From assembly GCA_964588795.1 (NCBI GenBank), contig CAZPQN010000009.1, forward strand, positions 294-64,293: DNA of 64,000 nt. The letters run 5' to 3'. The notes beneath the pieces are model-generated. The model was not told the DNA's origin. It saw only the letters and a program-made list of their open reading frames with translations, and made no database searches. This document shows, piece by piece, positions 1-10,503 of this stretch. Within the stretch, counting starts at the first letter, position 1. Each line of letters begins with the position of its first letter. The DNA comes from an uncultured bacterium. Its GTDB lineage: Bacteria > Fidelibacterota > UBA2242. The translations under genes and the position numbers were made by a program.

Positions 1-336
1 ATGAGTTATCAGGGCGAGCGAGCAACCGTCGCTCAACGTTCAATCACCACCCCGGCCAACATGGACGATCTCCCGGCCTCGCCGGTTCTGCAGGTTACTC
101 CTAATCCTGTCACAAGAGCTCTTTGCATCAGATTTGCGCCCGTGGTCGCGGGCCCTGTCCGCATTACGATCTATAATCTGGCTGGGCGTCCGGTTAAATC
201 CTACCGAATTTTCCCGAATTCACCGAGTTTGTATTTCGACTTGGCTCCCTTAACTGATTTGAGTACCGGGATTTACTTCGTAGAAGTTCGCAATGGCGCG
301 ACCCAAATACGTACAAAATGCCTGTTGCTGAAGTAA
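1..336 (+). CDS. C-terminal fragment of a secreted protein carrying a type IX secretion (Por) C-terminal sorting domain; the 5' end lies outside the window
   Basis: The last ~90 aa (ITIYNLAGRPVKSY...SLYFDLAPLTDLSTGIYFVEVRNGATQIRTKCLLLK) match the T9SS C-terminal-domain beta-sandwich pattern. The ORF is open to the window edge. Confidence 0.6.
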   Translation: MSYQGERATVAQRSITTPANMDDLPASPVLQVTPNPVTRALCIRFAPVVAGPVRITIYNLAGRPVKSYRIFPNSPSLYFDLAPLTDLSTGIYFVEVRNGATQIRTKCLLLK

Positions 337-374
337 TTCTGCGGTAAATCCACAGCGGCTGATATTAGTCCCGG

Positions 375-2672
375 TTGAAAAACTTGTGCCCGGATAAACC
401 GGAAGTGTTAAATTACTCCGTGCTTAATTTTATCCAATTCCCTAATCGCTTACTCTACATACTGGTAGCATTATTTCTGATGAAGTCCTCCGGACTGCTG
501 GCGGAAGAATTGCGGGGTCGGGTTTGCCATGCCCAAACCCAGCGTCCCCTCACCGGGGTTAACGTCACCATCAGCGGACAGGCAATCGGCGCCGCTACCG
601 ACAGAGAGGGCGTCTTTATTTTACAGGGCGTTTTTACCGACTCTGCCCTGATCAATTTTTCACACGTTGGGTTCCGCACCCGACAAATTTCCGCCGCCGA
701 AGTACGCCAACAGGCGTTGATTTTCCTGGAGCCTATTCCGATTCTGTTCCAGGGTGTCGAAATCACCGGCGAAAAGAAAAAGTTCCAGACCGATTTACCG
801 GTAGATGTACAGGTCATCGAGCAGGCGACCATCCAGGATCGGGCACCCCTCAATTTAGGGGACCTGTTGCGCAGTGAAGCGGCGATTCAGATCGAGAGCA
901 CTTCTCCGGGCTTCCAGTCGGTTTCGATCCGCGGCTGTAATCCGGATCAGGTCATTATCCTTTACGACGGCATCCCACTAAAAAGCACGCGGACCGATGT
1001 CGGCGACATTTCCTGGATTGATCTCAACGACATCCAGGAAATCCAGGTGATCAAGGGCAGTAATACCGCCGTTTACGGTGAAGGTGGCGTTGGCGGAGTG
1101 CTCAATATTGAACCGGTTACGACTTCACCCTATTTCCTGACCTTGTCCGGACGCATAGGCAACTACGCCTTGCGCGACGGCTATGCACGCCTCGGCCATA
1201 CTTTTGGTCCGTTAGAGGCCCACTACAGCTTCAGCCTGCGAAACGCCGACTTCACCGGCCAGGATTTTACCAATGATCTGCAGACCGACACGCGCTCGCA
1301 TAACCTGGCGACGACCTGGCGTATTGGCCCGGTCAATCGTTTCATTTTGCGCGCAATGCGTACCGACCGCGACTTCAAGGCTGTCGGCGCGAAGGATGAC
1401 ACCGAGGAGCAACGCCAGCTGGCCACGCTCCAGTATCGGGGTGATCTGCCGCGGTGCCGGGATGTCGTCCTGCAGGCGATTTACCGCCAGTACTCCGACC
1501 GCAATGTCTATTTTGTACCCACGCAGGTACATCAGCCACAGGCCCGGGATATCACTAACCGTATTGACGATCAGTATCGCGGCGGTCGCCTGGAAAAAAC
1601 CTGGACTTATCCTACCTGGAACCTGAACACTGGCTTAGAACTCAACACCAGCAATTTCTCGGGTCGCACGCTTTGGGATTTCGTGGATGCGGCAGGCATT
1701 GACTCGGTCAATTTCCGGCAGAAATTAAAACGGCGCGGCCTGGGTTCCTTTGTAGTCGTGCGTGTGCATACCGAAACCGGGATGGTGCTTCTGCCGTGGA
1801 TGGATTGGAACTGGAGCATGCGTTACGATCACAGCGCCACCAGCCGGTTCAATTACGATGAAACCCAGCCCTGGCTGGCGCCCCACACCAATACCAAAAA
1901 GTATCAGGCAGTCAACTACAAAATCGGCCTGCAGCTCGGTGGCAAAACCAAGCAGTCCACCTATAACATTTTCCTGAACAACGGTGCCAACAGCCGGTTT
2001 CCCGCCCTCTATGATCTTTACCTCAACGATGTGACGCCTTCGCCCATTTATGCCGATTCGTCCATCCTGCCGGAGCGGGTGATTGGCTCGGAAATCGGGC
2101 TGAGTTGGGACCGGTTTTTCCCCACCGGAACACAGCGCCTCCGGCGCCTGAACCTGAAAATCAGCTATTTCCGCAATGACTTTTCCGATAAAATCTACTA
2201 TAAACCCTGGCAGTACGGCACCCCGGTGACCCTGAATGCCCTGCATGCCGCTATTGACGGCTACGACCTGAATTTTACATTGGGCTTCAGCGGCGATAAA
2301 TTCACACTCAGCGGCGGAGCACTGTGGCTTGATGTTTCCAGCGCGCGGCTCTTTCCCAATAAGCCGGACGTCAAATTTCATCTGGAAGGCAATTTTCAAG
2401 AAAAAAATTTCAACCTGCGTCTGCGCGGCTTCTACGAGGGTCGGCAGTTGGGTTATACCAGCCTGCCGGGCGGAGGCTTGTTCTTTACCAATCTGACCGC
2501 CCGGGCCGATGTCGACTTGCAGGCCAGCTATCGCCTCAGAACCCGGCATGCCGATATTTGGAGCAGTCTGTCGGTAATGAATCTGCTGGCGCGCACCGAC
2601 ACCGGACTGACCTACTCTTTCTTTGATCGCCTGCGCCTGATCCAGTTCAACGTTGGTCTGGGTTTTAAGTAG
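375..2672 (+). CDS. TonB-dependent outer-membrane receptor (CarboxypepD_reg-like N-domain + plug + beta-barrel)
   Basis: N-terminal segment GRVCHAQTQRPLTGVNVTISGQ...DREGVFIL (CarboxypepD_reg-like). Plug signature DLLRSEAAIQIESTSPGFQSVSIRGCNPDQVIILYDGIPL...IQVIKGSNTAVYGEGGVGGVLNIEP. About 550 aa of alternating beta-strand sequence follow. The likely true start is GTG at 420 (signal peptide ...NRLLYILVALFLMKSSGLLA). Confidence 0.8.
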   Translation: MKNLCPDKPEVLNYSVLNFIQFPNRLLYILVALFLMKSSGLLAEELRGRVCHAQTQRPLTGVNVTISGQAIGAATDREGVFILQGVFTDSALINFSHVGFRTRQISAAEVRQQALIFLEPIPILFQGVEITGEKKKFQTDLPVDVQVIEQATIQDRAPLNLGDLLRSEAAIQIESTSPGFQSVSIRGCNPDQVIILYDGIPLKSTRTDVGDISWIDLNDIQEIQVIKGSNTAVYGEGGVGGVLNIEPVTTSPYFLTLSGRIGNYALRDGYARLGHTFGPLEAHYSFSLRNADFTGQDFTNDLQTDTRSHNLATTWRIGPVNRFILRAMRTDRDFKAVGAKDDTEEQRQLATLQYRGDLPRCRDVVLQAIYRQYSDRNVYFVPTQVHQPQARDITNRIDDQYRGGRLEKTWTYPTWNLNTGLELNTSNFSGRTLWDFVDAAGIDSVNFRQKLKRRGLGSFVVVRVHTETGMVLLPWMDWNWSMRYDHSATSRFNYDETQPWLAPHTNTKKYQAVNYKIGLQLGGKTKQSTYNIFLNNGANSRFPALYDLYLNDVTPSPIYADSSILPERVIGSEIGLSWDRFFPTGTQRLRRLNLKISYFRNDFSDKIYYKPWQYGTPVTLNALHAAIDGYDLNFTLGFSGDKFTLSGGALWLDVSSARLFPNKPDVKFHLEGNFQEKNFNLRLRGFYEGRQLGYTSLPGGGLFFTNLTARADVDLQASYRLRTRHADIWSSLSVMNLLARTDTGLTYSFFDRLRLIQFNVGLGFK

Positions 2673-2730
2673 CCTCGCCCATTATCCAGGTCTTTTAACC
2701 ATTTGCCGTTTGACGTATCTAAGGATAGAC

Positions 2731-5274
2731 ATGCATACAACAGGAATACCAATGCAATACCAGTCACGCCGATTCTATTACACTTTCATCTTTGTTCTCA
2801 GTTTGCTATTCACCGGTTCCGTCTGGGGTCAACCCCCGCGGAGTGGGGAGCGTCCGGCAATTGGTAAACTGACCGGGCGCATCGTCGTCGCCGGCACCGA
2901 GAAACCATTAGAATACGCCACGCTCACACTGACGAGTACTTTCGATTCCAATTTAGTCACCGGCGGCATCGCCAACGCCGACGGCTTTATCAGTATTGAA
3001 AAAATCCCGGTTGGGCGCTATCGGGCCACAGTTTCCTTTATTGGGTACAAAAAGCGAGTGCTTGACGATTTGCGCTTTCTGCCGCGCAATCCGGAAGTGA
3101 ATCTCGGCCTCCTGTACCTCGAACCTGCCACGCTCGATCTGAATGCAGTCACCGTGACCGGCGAAAAGAAAGCCATCGAGTACAACCTCGACAAGAAAAT
3201 TGTCACGGTTGATAACAATCTCACCACCATGGGCGGCACGGCCACTGATGTTCTACAGACCATACCCTCAGTAACGGTGGATATTGACGGCACCGTCAGC
3301 CTGCGCGGCTCCAGCAACGTCACGATGCTGATTGACGGCCGCCCGTCCCAGATCATCAGCCTCGACGAAATCCCCGCCAGCATGATTGACCGGGTGGAAA
3401 TCGTCACCAATCCCTCTGCCCGTTACGATCCGGACGGCACTTCGGGCATCATCAACATCGTCCTCAAAAAGAAACGTTCCCCGGGCTACAATGGCATGCT
3501 CCTCCTCAATGCCGGCACCGGCGACAAATACAATGGCTCAGTCAATTTCAACTACCGGGTCAACCGGCTCAACCTGTTCGTCACCTACGACAACCGTTTG
3601 GGACGGATGACCGGCTGGACCAGGCAAGAGCGCGAGGCATTACGCAACGATACCACCTACTATCTCAACCAGAATCGCGACAACTCCCGCCGCATGCAGT
3701 TCAATAATCTGCGGTTCGGCGGCGACTGGTTCATTAATAATCAGAACACGCTGTCACTGTCAGCCCTGGTCAACGGTCGCAGTCATAAAAGTTCGGAATT
3801 TACAAATTACATCAATCGTGACTATCTCTATGAGATAATCAACGGCTATAACCGGAATGTGAAAGGTGCTTCTGCAGACCATGGCTACGAGCTCGCCCTC
3901 AACTACAAACGCACCTACGACCAGTCTTCCAAAGAGTGGACCAGCGACCTGTTCTTTTCCACCGAAAAGGAAAATGACGACCTCGCGACTGTACAGGTCA
4001 ACACCGATTCCGTGCTGACCATTCTACCCTCTGCTCCGTTCCTGCAAAACACCTATTCGGACAATCGCAACCGCCTCCTGACCTTACAAACCGACTACGT
4101 CCAGCCACTCGGTACGACCAATCGTCTCGAAGCCGGGTACAAGAGCACTTTCCGCTACAACGACGCCGATTACGAACTGGTCAATTACGACCACAACCAG
4201 TCAGTCTGGATTTCGGACACCACGGCTACTAACCGTTTCATCACCGATGAACAGATTCATTCCGCTTATGGCGTTCTTTCCAGTATTCTGGGGCGCCTGC
4301 AGGTGCAGGCCGGCCTGCGCCTGGAACTGGCGAGCAATTTGGCCAATCAGGTGACCGCACAGGAGAAAAATCGCTACAGCTACTTTAGCCTTTTCCCCAC
4401 CGTGCACCTGCGCTACAACCTGACCGAATCGCAGGGTCTGCAAACCAGTTACAGCCGCCGGGTCAACCGTCCGCGTGGACGACAATTGAATCCGTTCATC
4501 AATTATTCGGATCCGACCAACATCAGCTTTGGTAACCCGCGCCTCAAACCGGAATACATTGACGCGATCGAAATCGGACATTTTTACGAAACCCGGCAAA
4601 CCGCGATCAACACCAACCTGTTTTACCGGCAGGTCAACGGCATGATCTCCCGCATCACCCGTCTGCGCGACGACGGTGTCACCTACACGACCTTTAAAAA
4701 CCTCAATAACAGCCGCAGTTATGGATTGGAACTTGTCGTCAACCACCAAATCGCCCGCTGGTGGCGGATCAATACCGACATGAGCTACTTCCATACTGAA
4801 CTTTCCGGCACCGGGGTGAACGTCTCCCAGGCCAATGCCAGTTCCAGCTGGCGCGCCCGGGTAAATTCCATGCTCAGATTGTCTCCTACTACCGATGCCC
4901 AGCTCGGAATATTTTACTTTTCACCGGTGGTTTCCTCGATGGCTTTCGGGGGCGGACGCGGCGGTTATTTCATGGGTGGCGGCGGGCAGGGACGCACCAG
5001 CGCCCGCTATGCGGTCAACCTTGGCGTCAAGCAGGAACTGCTGAAAGGCAAGGTCGTCGTTTTCCTGCGGGTGAGCGACCTGCTCAAAACCAAAACCGAC
5101 AACCAGACCACCTACGGCGATAATTTCGAGACCTCTACGCGGCGGTTTCGTGACAGCCGCGTCCTATTTCTGGGCGTTTCCTACAAAATCAATGAAGGCA
5201 TAAAGGAAAAAGACCGGAAAAAACGCGGCGAAGAAGACGAATACGAAATGGAAGAATATCAGGCGACGCCCTGA
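2731..5274 (+). CDS. TonB-dependent outer-membrane receptor (CarboxypepD_reg-like + plug + barrel) with an unusual acidic C-terminal tail
   Basis: Signal peptide FYYTFIFVLSLLFTGSVWGQ. CarboxypepD_reg-like segment GRIVVAGTEKPLEYATLTLTS...DGFISIEKIPVGRYRATVSFIGYK. Plug TVDNNLTTMGGTATDVLQTIPSVTVDIDGTVSLRGSSNVTMLIDGRP...DRVEIVTNPSARYDPDGTSGIINIVLKK. The barrel ends ...VLFLGVSYKI and is followed by a ~28-aa tail EGIKEKDRKKRGEEDEYEMEEYQATP. Start set at ATG 2731, the first Met after the overlap with the upstream gene. Confidence 0.75.
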   Translation: MHTTGIPMQYQSRRFYYTFIFVLSLLFTGSVWGQPPRSGERPAIGKLTGRIVVAGTEKPLEYATLTLTSTFDSNLVTGGIANADGFISIEKIPVGRYRATVSFIGYKKRVLDDLRFLPRNPEVNLGLLYLEPATLDLNAVTVTGEKKAIEYNLDKKIVTVDNNLTTMGGTATDVLQTIPSVTVDIDGTVSLRGSSNVTMLIDGRPSQIISLDEIPASMIDRVEIVTNPSARYDPDGTSGIINIVLKKKRSPGYNGMLLLNAGTGDKYNGSVNFNYRVNRLNLFVTYDNRLGRMTGWTRQEREALRNDTTYYLNQNRDNSRRMQFNNLRFGGDWFINNQNTLSLSALVNGRSHKSSEFTNYINRDYLYEIINGYNRNVKGASADHGYELALNYKRTYDQSSKEWTSDLFFSTEKENDDLATVQVNTDSVLTILPSAPFLQNTYSDNRNRLLTLQTDYVQPLGTTNRLEAGYKSTFRYNDADYELVNYDHNQSVWISDTTATNRFITDEQIHSAYGVLSSILGRLQVQAGLRLELASNLANQVTAQEKNRYSYFSLFPTVHLRYNLTESQGLQTSYSRRVNRPRGRQLNPFINYSDPTNISFGNPRLKPEYIDAIEIGHFYETRQTAINTNLFYRQVNGMISRITRLRDDGVTYTTFKNLNNSRSYGLELVVNHQIARWWRINTDMSYFHTELSGTGVNVSQANASSSWRARVNSMLRLSPTTDAQLGIFYFSPVVSSMAFGGGRGGYFMGGGGQGRTSARYAVNLGVKQELLKGKVVVFLRVSDLLKTKTDNQTTYGDNFETSTRRFRDSRVLFLGVSYKINEGIKEKDRKKRGEEDEYEMEEYQATP

Positions 5275-5293
5275 GCCATTCCCGCCTCCGTAC

Positions 5294-6157
5294 TCAGCGA
5301 CACGCGTAACAATAAAGACAGGCGTGGCGACAGGTATTGTATTGCCCGATGTCAATGCTTTTATAACAGCCGCAACCATGGCGGGTCGGGCGGAGTTCCG
5401 CCTCCAAAACCACTCCGGGATATAATTCCTGCAATAAAATTGCATCGACGCAATGCCCCGGCGTAATGCCTGCCTGCGCGCCAATCGCATCCTCGCAACA
5501 GGTGTACAGCGGCATCCGTAAGGCTTGGGCCGTCCGGCGCAATTCTTCCGCGAAGGCGACCTGCTCCGCCAACGACGGTTTTTGACAGTAGAGCCCACCG
5601 CGACTCTCGACCGCTCTCAGCCGGCGCGCAACCTTGCCGTACAGGTCGACAAAACTGATATGACAACGTCCCACTAGGTCACATAATTTTTCCGCCAAAA
5701 TCTTGAAAGTCTCCAGCCGTTCCGTGTACGGAGTCAGATTAGAAAATATAATAGGATCGAAACGCCAGCTGATACATTCGCGACCAAAGCGCGACAGTAA
5801 TTCTTTCAACGTAGCAAGGGAGATTTCAGCGGGCGGCACGCCGGGTTCCAGCAGGCGGGCGGCCTCGGCATGGAAGCCATTAAGCGTGTAGTGAAACAGA
5901 AACCGGTGATGGTAGACCCCAGCCAGAAAGTCGAGAGTACTTAAAAATGGCTGGTAGTTTTTCGACCAGAAAACCCACGCGCCCACCGCGGCCGGATTCA
6001 GGTCAACCCGCCGGATGCGCCGGCTGAATGGCTGGGGTAATTCGACATAGCCCTGCCTGACCTGCGCCTGCAACCATTCTCCGTAAAAAGCGGGAAGATC
6101 GGTGCGCCGACTGGCGGAAATGATCGGACGCAGGTAAATGTTAGCGGACTGTGGCAA
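5294..6157 (-). CDS. Conserved hypothetical protein with a C-terminal Cys/His cluster (resembles the DUF1848 family)
   Basis: 287-aa ORF with good coding statistics. C-terminal CCEDAIGAQAGITPGHCVD...HGCGCYKSIDIGQYNTCRHACLYCYACR cluster. The DUF1848 assignment is from memory, not from a search. Confidence 0.4.
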   Translation of the reverse strand: MPQSANIYLRPIISASRRTDLPAFYGEWLQAQVRQGYVELPQPFSRRIRRVDLNPAAVGAWVFWSKNYQPFLSTLDFLAGVYHHRFLFHYTLNGFHAEAARLLEPGVPPAEISLATLKELLSRFGRECISWRFDPIIFSNLTPYTERLETFKILAEKLCDLVGRCHISFVDLYGKVARRLRAVESRGGLYCQKPSLAEQVAFAEELRRTAQALRMPLYTCCEDAIGAQAGITPGHCVDAILLQELYPGVVLEAELRPTRHGCGCYKSIDIGQYNTCRHACLYCYACR

Positions 6158-6172
6158 AGCCCCGCTGAACTT

Positions 6173-6547
6173 TTATTTCAAAAGCGTATCATCCGCACCC
6201 GCGGAGAGCGCCGGTTCCAACACCTGTTTCTGCCTGATGAGCTGAATCAGTTTGTAAGCTTCGTCAGACGGATGCAGTTCAAAGGACATTTCGGCTTCTT
6301 TCAGGGCATAGTCGTACCAGCCTTTTTTGGTATAGGCAATTGCCAGGCTGTGGTGGGCCTGGTAAAATTCAGGATCGAGCCGGGCCGCGGCCTTGAATTC
6401 GAGAATGGCTTCATTGGTCAAGCCCTTCTCGGTGTACCATTGGCCAAGTTCATAATGTTTCTGGGATTGCCGGGCGCAACCGGACAGGCTGGTCAATATC
6501 AAAATCACGGAAAGGATCAACGTTGAAAGAACCGGATTATATTTCAT
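6173..6547 (-). CDS. TPR-repeat lipoprotein
   Basis: Signal peptide plus lipobox MKYNPVLSTLILSVILILTSLSGC. TPR-like helical repeats (EAILEFKAAARLDPEFYQAHHSLAIAYTKKGWYDYALKEAEMSF). Start set at the internal ATG giving MKYNPV. Confidence 0.65.
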   Translation of the reverse strand: MKYNPVLSTLILSVILILTSLSGCARQSQKHYELGQWYTEKGLTNEAILEFKAAARLDPEFYQAHHSLAIAYTKKGWYDYALKEAEMSFELHPSDEAYKLIQLIRQKQVLEPALSAGADDTLLK

Positions 6548-6772
6548 GTGAGTACTCCTGTGCTTGCTCGCCATTTGTCGGCAAATTTTCATCAACTACC
6601 GGATAAAAACAAGTTAAAAAAAATAACCGACCGATTCCCGTCCCGCCATCGGTTTGGCTCCGGCGGTCCGGAAATCAATTCTAAGAAGAATGCCAAAGAA
6701 TTTTTATATTTGTATGATGAGTATCGTGCAATACAGCAAAACCGGAGTCGGCGCAGACTCCGCTTGGCAGGG

Positions 6773-9700
6773 ATGAAAATCAATCGCCTCCATGCGCTGT
6801 TCGTCGGCCTCATGCTTTTCGCGGCACTTGGCTCTGCTCAGGCCCAAAACCAGGAACGTCTGCGCCTGGTACGCGCCGACAAACTGGAACAATTCATGCG
6901 CGGCAACGTACCGGTCAAGAAACTGACCGGCAACGTGCTGTTCGAGAAAGGGCAACTGCAGTTAGCCTGCGAACTGGCGTACTGGTTCGAGCAGGAGCAA
7001 CGCGCAGAGTTTTTACGCAAGGTCGTGGTCACCAAAGAGAAAAAAGTCCTGAAGGCCGATACACTGACCTTTTACAACGACCGTGATTTGCTGGTGGCGC
7101 ATGGTCAGCCTGTACTTACCGACGACAGCCTGCTGATCAGGGCTAAAAACCTGAGCTATTTGTCGAAGGATGAAATCGCTCATGCACGCGGCGCAGTTTA
7201 CCTCGAGGATGGCCCGCGCAACGTCACCGCCCAGCGGGTTACTTACTTTTCCAGGGAGAAAAAATCCATCGCCCGGGAGCAGGCGCAGATCAACGATGCC
7301 CACCGCCGCACCGCGCTGGCGGCCGACAGTTTAATTTACTTCAACGACACCGGCAACATCGAGGCTTTTTTAAAGCCGGTTCTGACGCGCTTCGATTCGA
7401 GCGGAGCCGAGACTTTTCGCATTCGCGCTGAACTGATTTCCTTGAACGAGAAAGACGGCAATTTCCTGGCTCAGGAGAAGGTCGAAATCTGGCGCGAAGA
7501 TTTCACCGCCTACGCGCGTACTCTGACCTATCTCGATTCGCTCGAAATCGCCACTCTGACCGAAAATCCGCGTGTCGTCAGCGACGGACAGGAATTGACC
7601 GGGAAGCTGATGACCCTGCACTTTCGCGACGAAAATCTGCATACCCTGCGGATTGACGCCAATGCCCGCGCCAATGCCGTCGGCAAAGCTTACTTGCCGG
7701 CCGATACGACGGGCAAAACGCGCGGCGACTCAGTCAAAACCTACGATGAAATCACCGGCAAATTCATGGAAATCTACTTCCGGGAAGGACAGGCGGACTC
7801 GGTGCTGGTCTATGGCATGGCCACCAGTCAGTACAATGTCCTGGAAGACAGCCTGTTAAAAGGTCTGAATGAGATCAGCGGCGATACGATCCGCATGAAA
7901 TTCCGCGACCGGAAATTGGCCACGATCGTGGTCATCGGCGGCACCGAAGGACAGTTTGTGCCGCATGCCACCAACCGCGACCTCGACACGACCGTCGTTT
8001 ACCGTGCTCAGCGCATTGATTATTTCTTCGATACCAAGCTTACCGATCTCTACCAAAATGCCGCCATCCGGGCGGGTGACGTGGAATTGACCGCCGGCAA
8101 AATCTCAGTCCACTGGAACGAAAACCTGCTGTACGCCAATCCGCTGTTTCCGCCGCCCTACGATTCCGGCGGCACCGATCTGCCGACTCTCTATCAGACC
8201 AACCGCGAGCCATTTGCCGGCGAAAACATGGTCTATAATCTCAAAACCCAACGCGGGCGTATCATCGAGGGCAAGACCCGCGAACAGGATGGCTATTACT
8301 ACGGCGACAATATCGCCAAGGTCGACAAAAAAGTCTTTTACGTTTCGCAGGGACTCTATACTACCTGCGACGCCCCCGAACCGCATTTCTACTTCCGCAG
8401 TAATCAGATGAAACTGATTTTCAAAGACAAGATCATCGCCCGCCCGATTGTGCTTTATATTCACGGCATTCCTCTGCTGGGTTTGCCCTTCGGCATCTTT
8501 CCCAATCAGGGAGGGCGCCGCCATTCCGGCTGGCTGATGCCGACCTATGGCGATAACAAAAACACCGGCGGCTACATCCGCGGTCTGGGCTATTTCTGGG
8601 CGCCCAGCGATTATTACGATTTCCGGTTAACGACCGATTTCTACGATAAAAAGGGCGTGATCTTCGAGTACCGTACCCGCTACGCCCTGCGCTATAAATT
8701 CGATGGCTCAATCGGCGGACGCTACACCAACAGTTTCTTTGCCGACATCCCCGAACGCAAGTGGACCCTGGACATCCAGCACCATCAGCCGCTCAGCCCC
8801 ACCATGCGACTCAACGCCGACGGACATTTCGTCAGTAAAAATGACGATTATTACCGGCGGATGGGGATCAATCGCGACACGCGCCTCGACCAGCAACTGA
8901 TCAGCAACGCCACGCTGAGTAAGTCCTGGCCAGGCACACCCTATGCCATGTCCATGAATCTTAACCAGACCGTCAACCTGCAAGCCAAAACTCTCAAAGC
9001 TGCCACCCCAACCCGCGTCGGCGAAAAATTCACCTATATCAGCCGTGCCCTGCCGAATGTCTCCTTCACCCGCAGTCAGAAACCGCTGGTACCTTTGAAA
9101 GCCTACCAGGAACGCTCCCGCGCCAGGTGGTACAACAACATCTACTTCAGCACCAGCTCGCAGTTGCGCAACCGTCAGGATATTTTCTATCAGAGCAACG
9201 ATTCTCTTGACTGGGTGGAAAATGATATTAAAAAAAGCGCCATCACCCATGCGCTGGCTTTCAACACCTCGCAGAAACTTTTGGGCTTTATCACGCTCAA
9301 TCAGAACGCCAATTTCGACGAGGGCTGGGTCTTTGAATACGACGAGCCACTGCGGGACTCGACAGGCGGTTTTGTGATCGAACGCGGCGCGATCAAGAGT
9401 CGCACCGTCAGCGGGTTCAAAGCCCGTCATACCGGAAGCGCCTCACTGAACGCGCAAACCAAAGTCTACGGATTGTTTCCCCTGCGGGTGGCGGGCTTAC
9501 AGGCCGTCCGGCACGTGATGACGCCTTCTGTCGGGCTGCGTTATCAGCCGGATTTCACCAAAACCATCTTCGGCTGGAATCCGGGCTACGTGCAAAGTTG
9601 GACTGATTCCACCGGGCGGATCTGGACTTTCGATCCTCTGCGCTCGACCATGTTGGGGGCGACGCCTTCCGGTGAACAGAAGTCGCTGACCATGGGCCTG

Positions 9701-10471
9701 AGCAACATTGTCCAGGCCAAAGTCGGCAAAGGTGCCGCGTCACGCAAGTTCGATCTGTTCACCCTGAACTCTTCCACCAGCTACAACTTCGCCGCGGATA
9801 GCCTGCGCTGGGCGCCGATCTCGACTAATTTCCGAACCCAAGTTACCAAAAAGATCGCCATCAATCTCAGCGCCCATCATGATCTGTATGCTTTCGAAAA
9901 TAACCGCCGTGTCAACAAATGGCATCGGGTGGTCAAAGGCATTCCTCTGCCGCGCCTGACTTCCGTCAGTGCTTCGACCGGTTTTACCCTGAATGGTAAA
10001 CGCTTCGGCACGCGCCTGCCTACTCCATCGCCGACCGGTGAATTGACCGACACCACCGAAACCGATCTGCTGAATCCTTCTTACAGCAACGCTCCCCGCA
10101 CACCCGGCACCAGTTCCGGCGCGAGCGAGGGCGGTGAACTCTGGAGCGCCAGCTTCAGCCTGCGTTACAGCCAATCCAGCTACGATCCCGCCAAGGTCAC
10201 CAAAACCTTCTGGATGTCAACCTCTCTGCGCTTGAATGTGACCAGTAAATGGCACGTCAGTCACAACGCCAGCTTCGACCTGATTACCAAGCGCCTGGTC
10301 AATCAGGACTTCCGGGTCGAGCGCGACCTGCACTGCTGGGATCTGGCATTCAGCTGGACGCCATCGGGATTCGGCAAGCAGTACAGCCTGTTGATCAATG
10401 TCAAATCGCCCACCCTGCGCGACCTGAAGTATGAGGAACGCGGCGGACGGCGCCGGGGATTCGGTTTCTGA
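6773..10471 (+). CDS. lptD: LPS-assembly protein LptD (OstA family), long form with an extended N-terminal OstA/LptA-like region and a C-terminal beta-barrel
   Basis: Signal peptide MKINRLHALFVGLMLFAALGSAQA. Central region YVSQGLYTTCDAPEPHFYFRSNQMKL...GLPFGIFPNQGGRRHSGWLMPTYG parallels the E. coli LptD block YTTCEPGSNSWSVKGSEV...PVGDKRRSGFLIPNAKYT. The N-terminal 500 aa is repetitive LptA/OstA-like beta-jellyroll-like sequence. Start set at the ATG giving the signal peptide; the track ORF opens further upstream. Confidence 0.75.
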   Translation: MKINRLHALFVGLMLFAALGSAQAQNQERLRLVRADKLEQFMRGNVPVKKLTGNVLFEKGQLQLACELAYWFEQEQRAEFLRKVVVTKEKKVLKADTLTFYNDRDLLVAHGQPVLTDDSLLIRAKNLSYLSKDEIAHARGAVYLEDGPRNVTAQRVTYFSREKKSIAREQAQINDAHRRTALAADSLIYFNDTGNIEAFLKPVLTRFDSSGAETFRIRAELISLNEKDGNFLAQEKVEIWREDFTAYARTLTYLDSLEIATLTENPRVVSDGQELTGKLMTLHFRDENLHTLRIDANARANAVGKAYLPADTTGKTRGDSVKTYDEITGKFMEIYFREGQADSVLVYGMATSQYNVLEDSLLKGLNEISGDTIRMKFRDRKLATIVVIGGTEGQFVPHATNRDLDTTVVYRAQRIDYFFDTKLTDLYQNAAIRAGDVELTAGKISVHWNENLLYANPLFPPPYDSGGTDLPTLYQTNREPFAGENMVYNLKTQRGRIIEGKTREQDGYYYGDNIAKVDKKVFYVSQGLYTTCDAPEPHFYFRSNQMKLIFKDKIIARPIVLYIHGIPLLGLPFGIFPNQGGRRHSGWLMPTYGDNKNTGGYIRGLGYFWAPSDYYDFRLTTDFYDKKGVIFEYRTRYALRYKFDGSIGGRYTNSFFADIPERKWTLDIQHHQPLSPTMRLNADGHFVSKNDDYYRRMGINRDTRLDQQLISNATLSKSWPGTPYAMSMNLNQTVNLQAKTLKAATPTRVGEKFTYISRALPNVSFTRSQKPLVPLKAYQERSRARWYNNIYFSTSSQLRNRQDIFYQSNDSLDWVENDIKKSAITHALAFNTSQKLLGFITLNQNANFDEGWVFEYDEPLRDSTGGFVIERGAIKSRTVSGFKARHTGSASLNAQTKVYGLFPLRVAGLQAVRHVMTPSVGLRYQPDFTKTIFGWNPGYVQSWTDSTGRIWTFDPLRSTMLGATPSGEQKSLTMGLSNIVQAKVGKGAASRKFDLFTLNSSTSYNFAADSLRWAPISTNFRTQVTKKIAINLSAHHDLYAFENNRRVNKWHRVVKGIPLPRLTSVSASTGFTLNGKRFGTRLPTPSPTGELTDTTETDLLNPSYSNAPRTPGTSSGASEGGELWSASFSLRYSQSSYDPAKVTKTFWMSTSLRLNVTSKWHVSHNASFDLITKRLVNQDFRVERDLHCWDLAFSWTPSGFGKQYSLLINVKSPTLRDLKYEERGGRRRGFGF

Positions 10472-10503
10472 TGCACCCGACCCAGCATCTAAAGGAGGAA
10501 AAT

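Noticed and set aside
1725-2549. 274-aa antisense ORF inside the first TonB-dependent receptor
   Set aside because: Embedded in a gene with clear TonB plug and barrel motifs. Low-complexity antisense composition.
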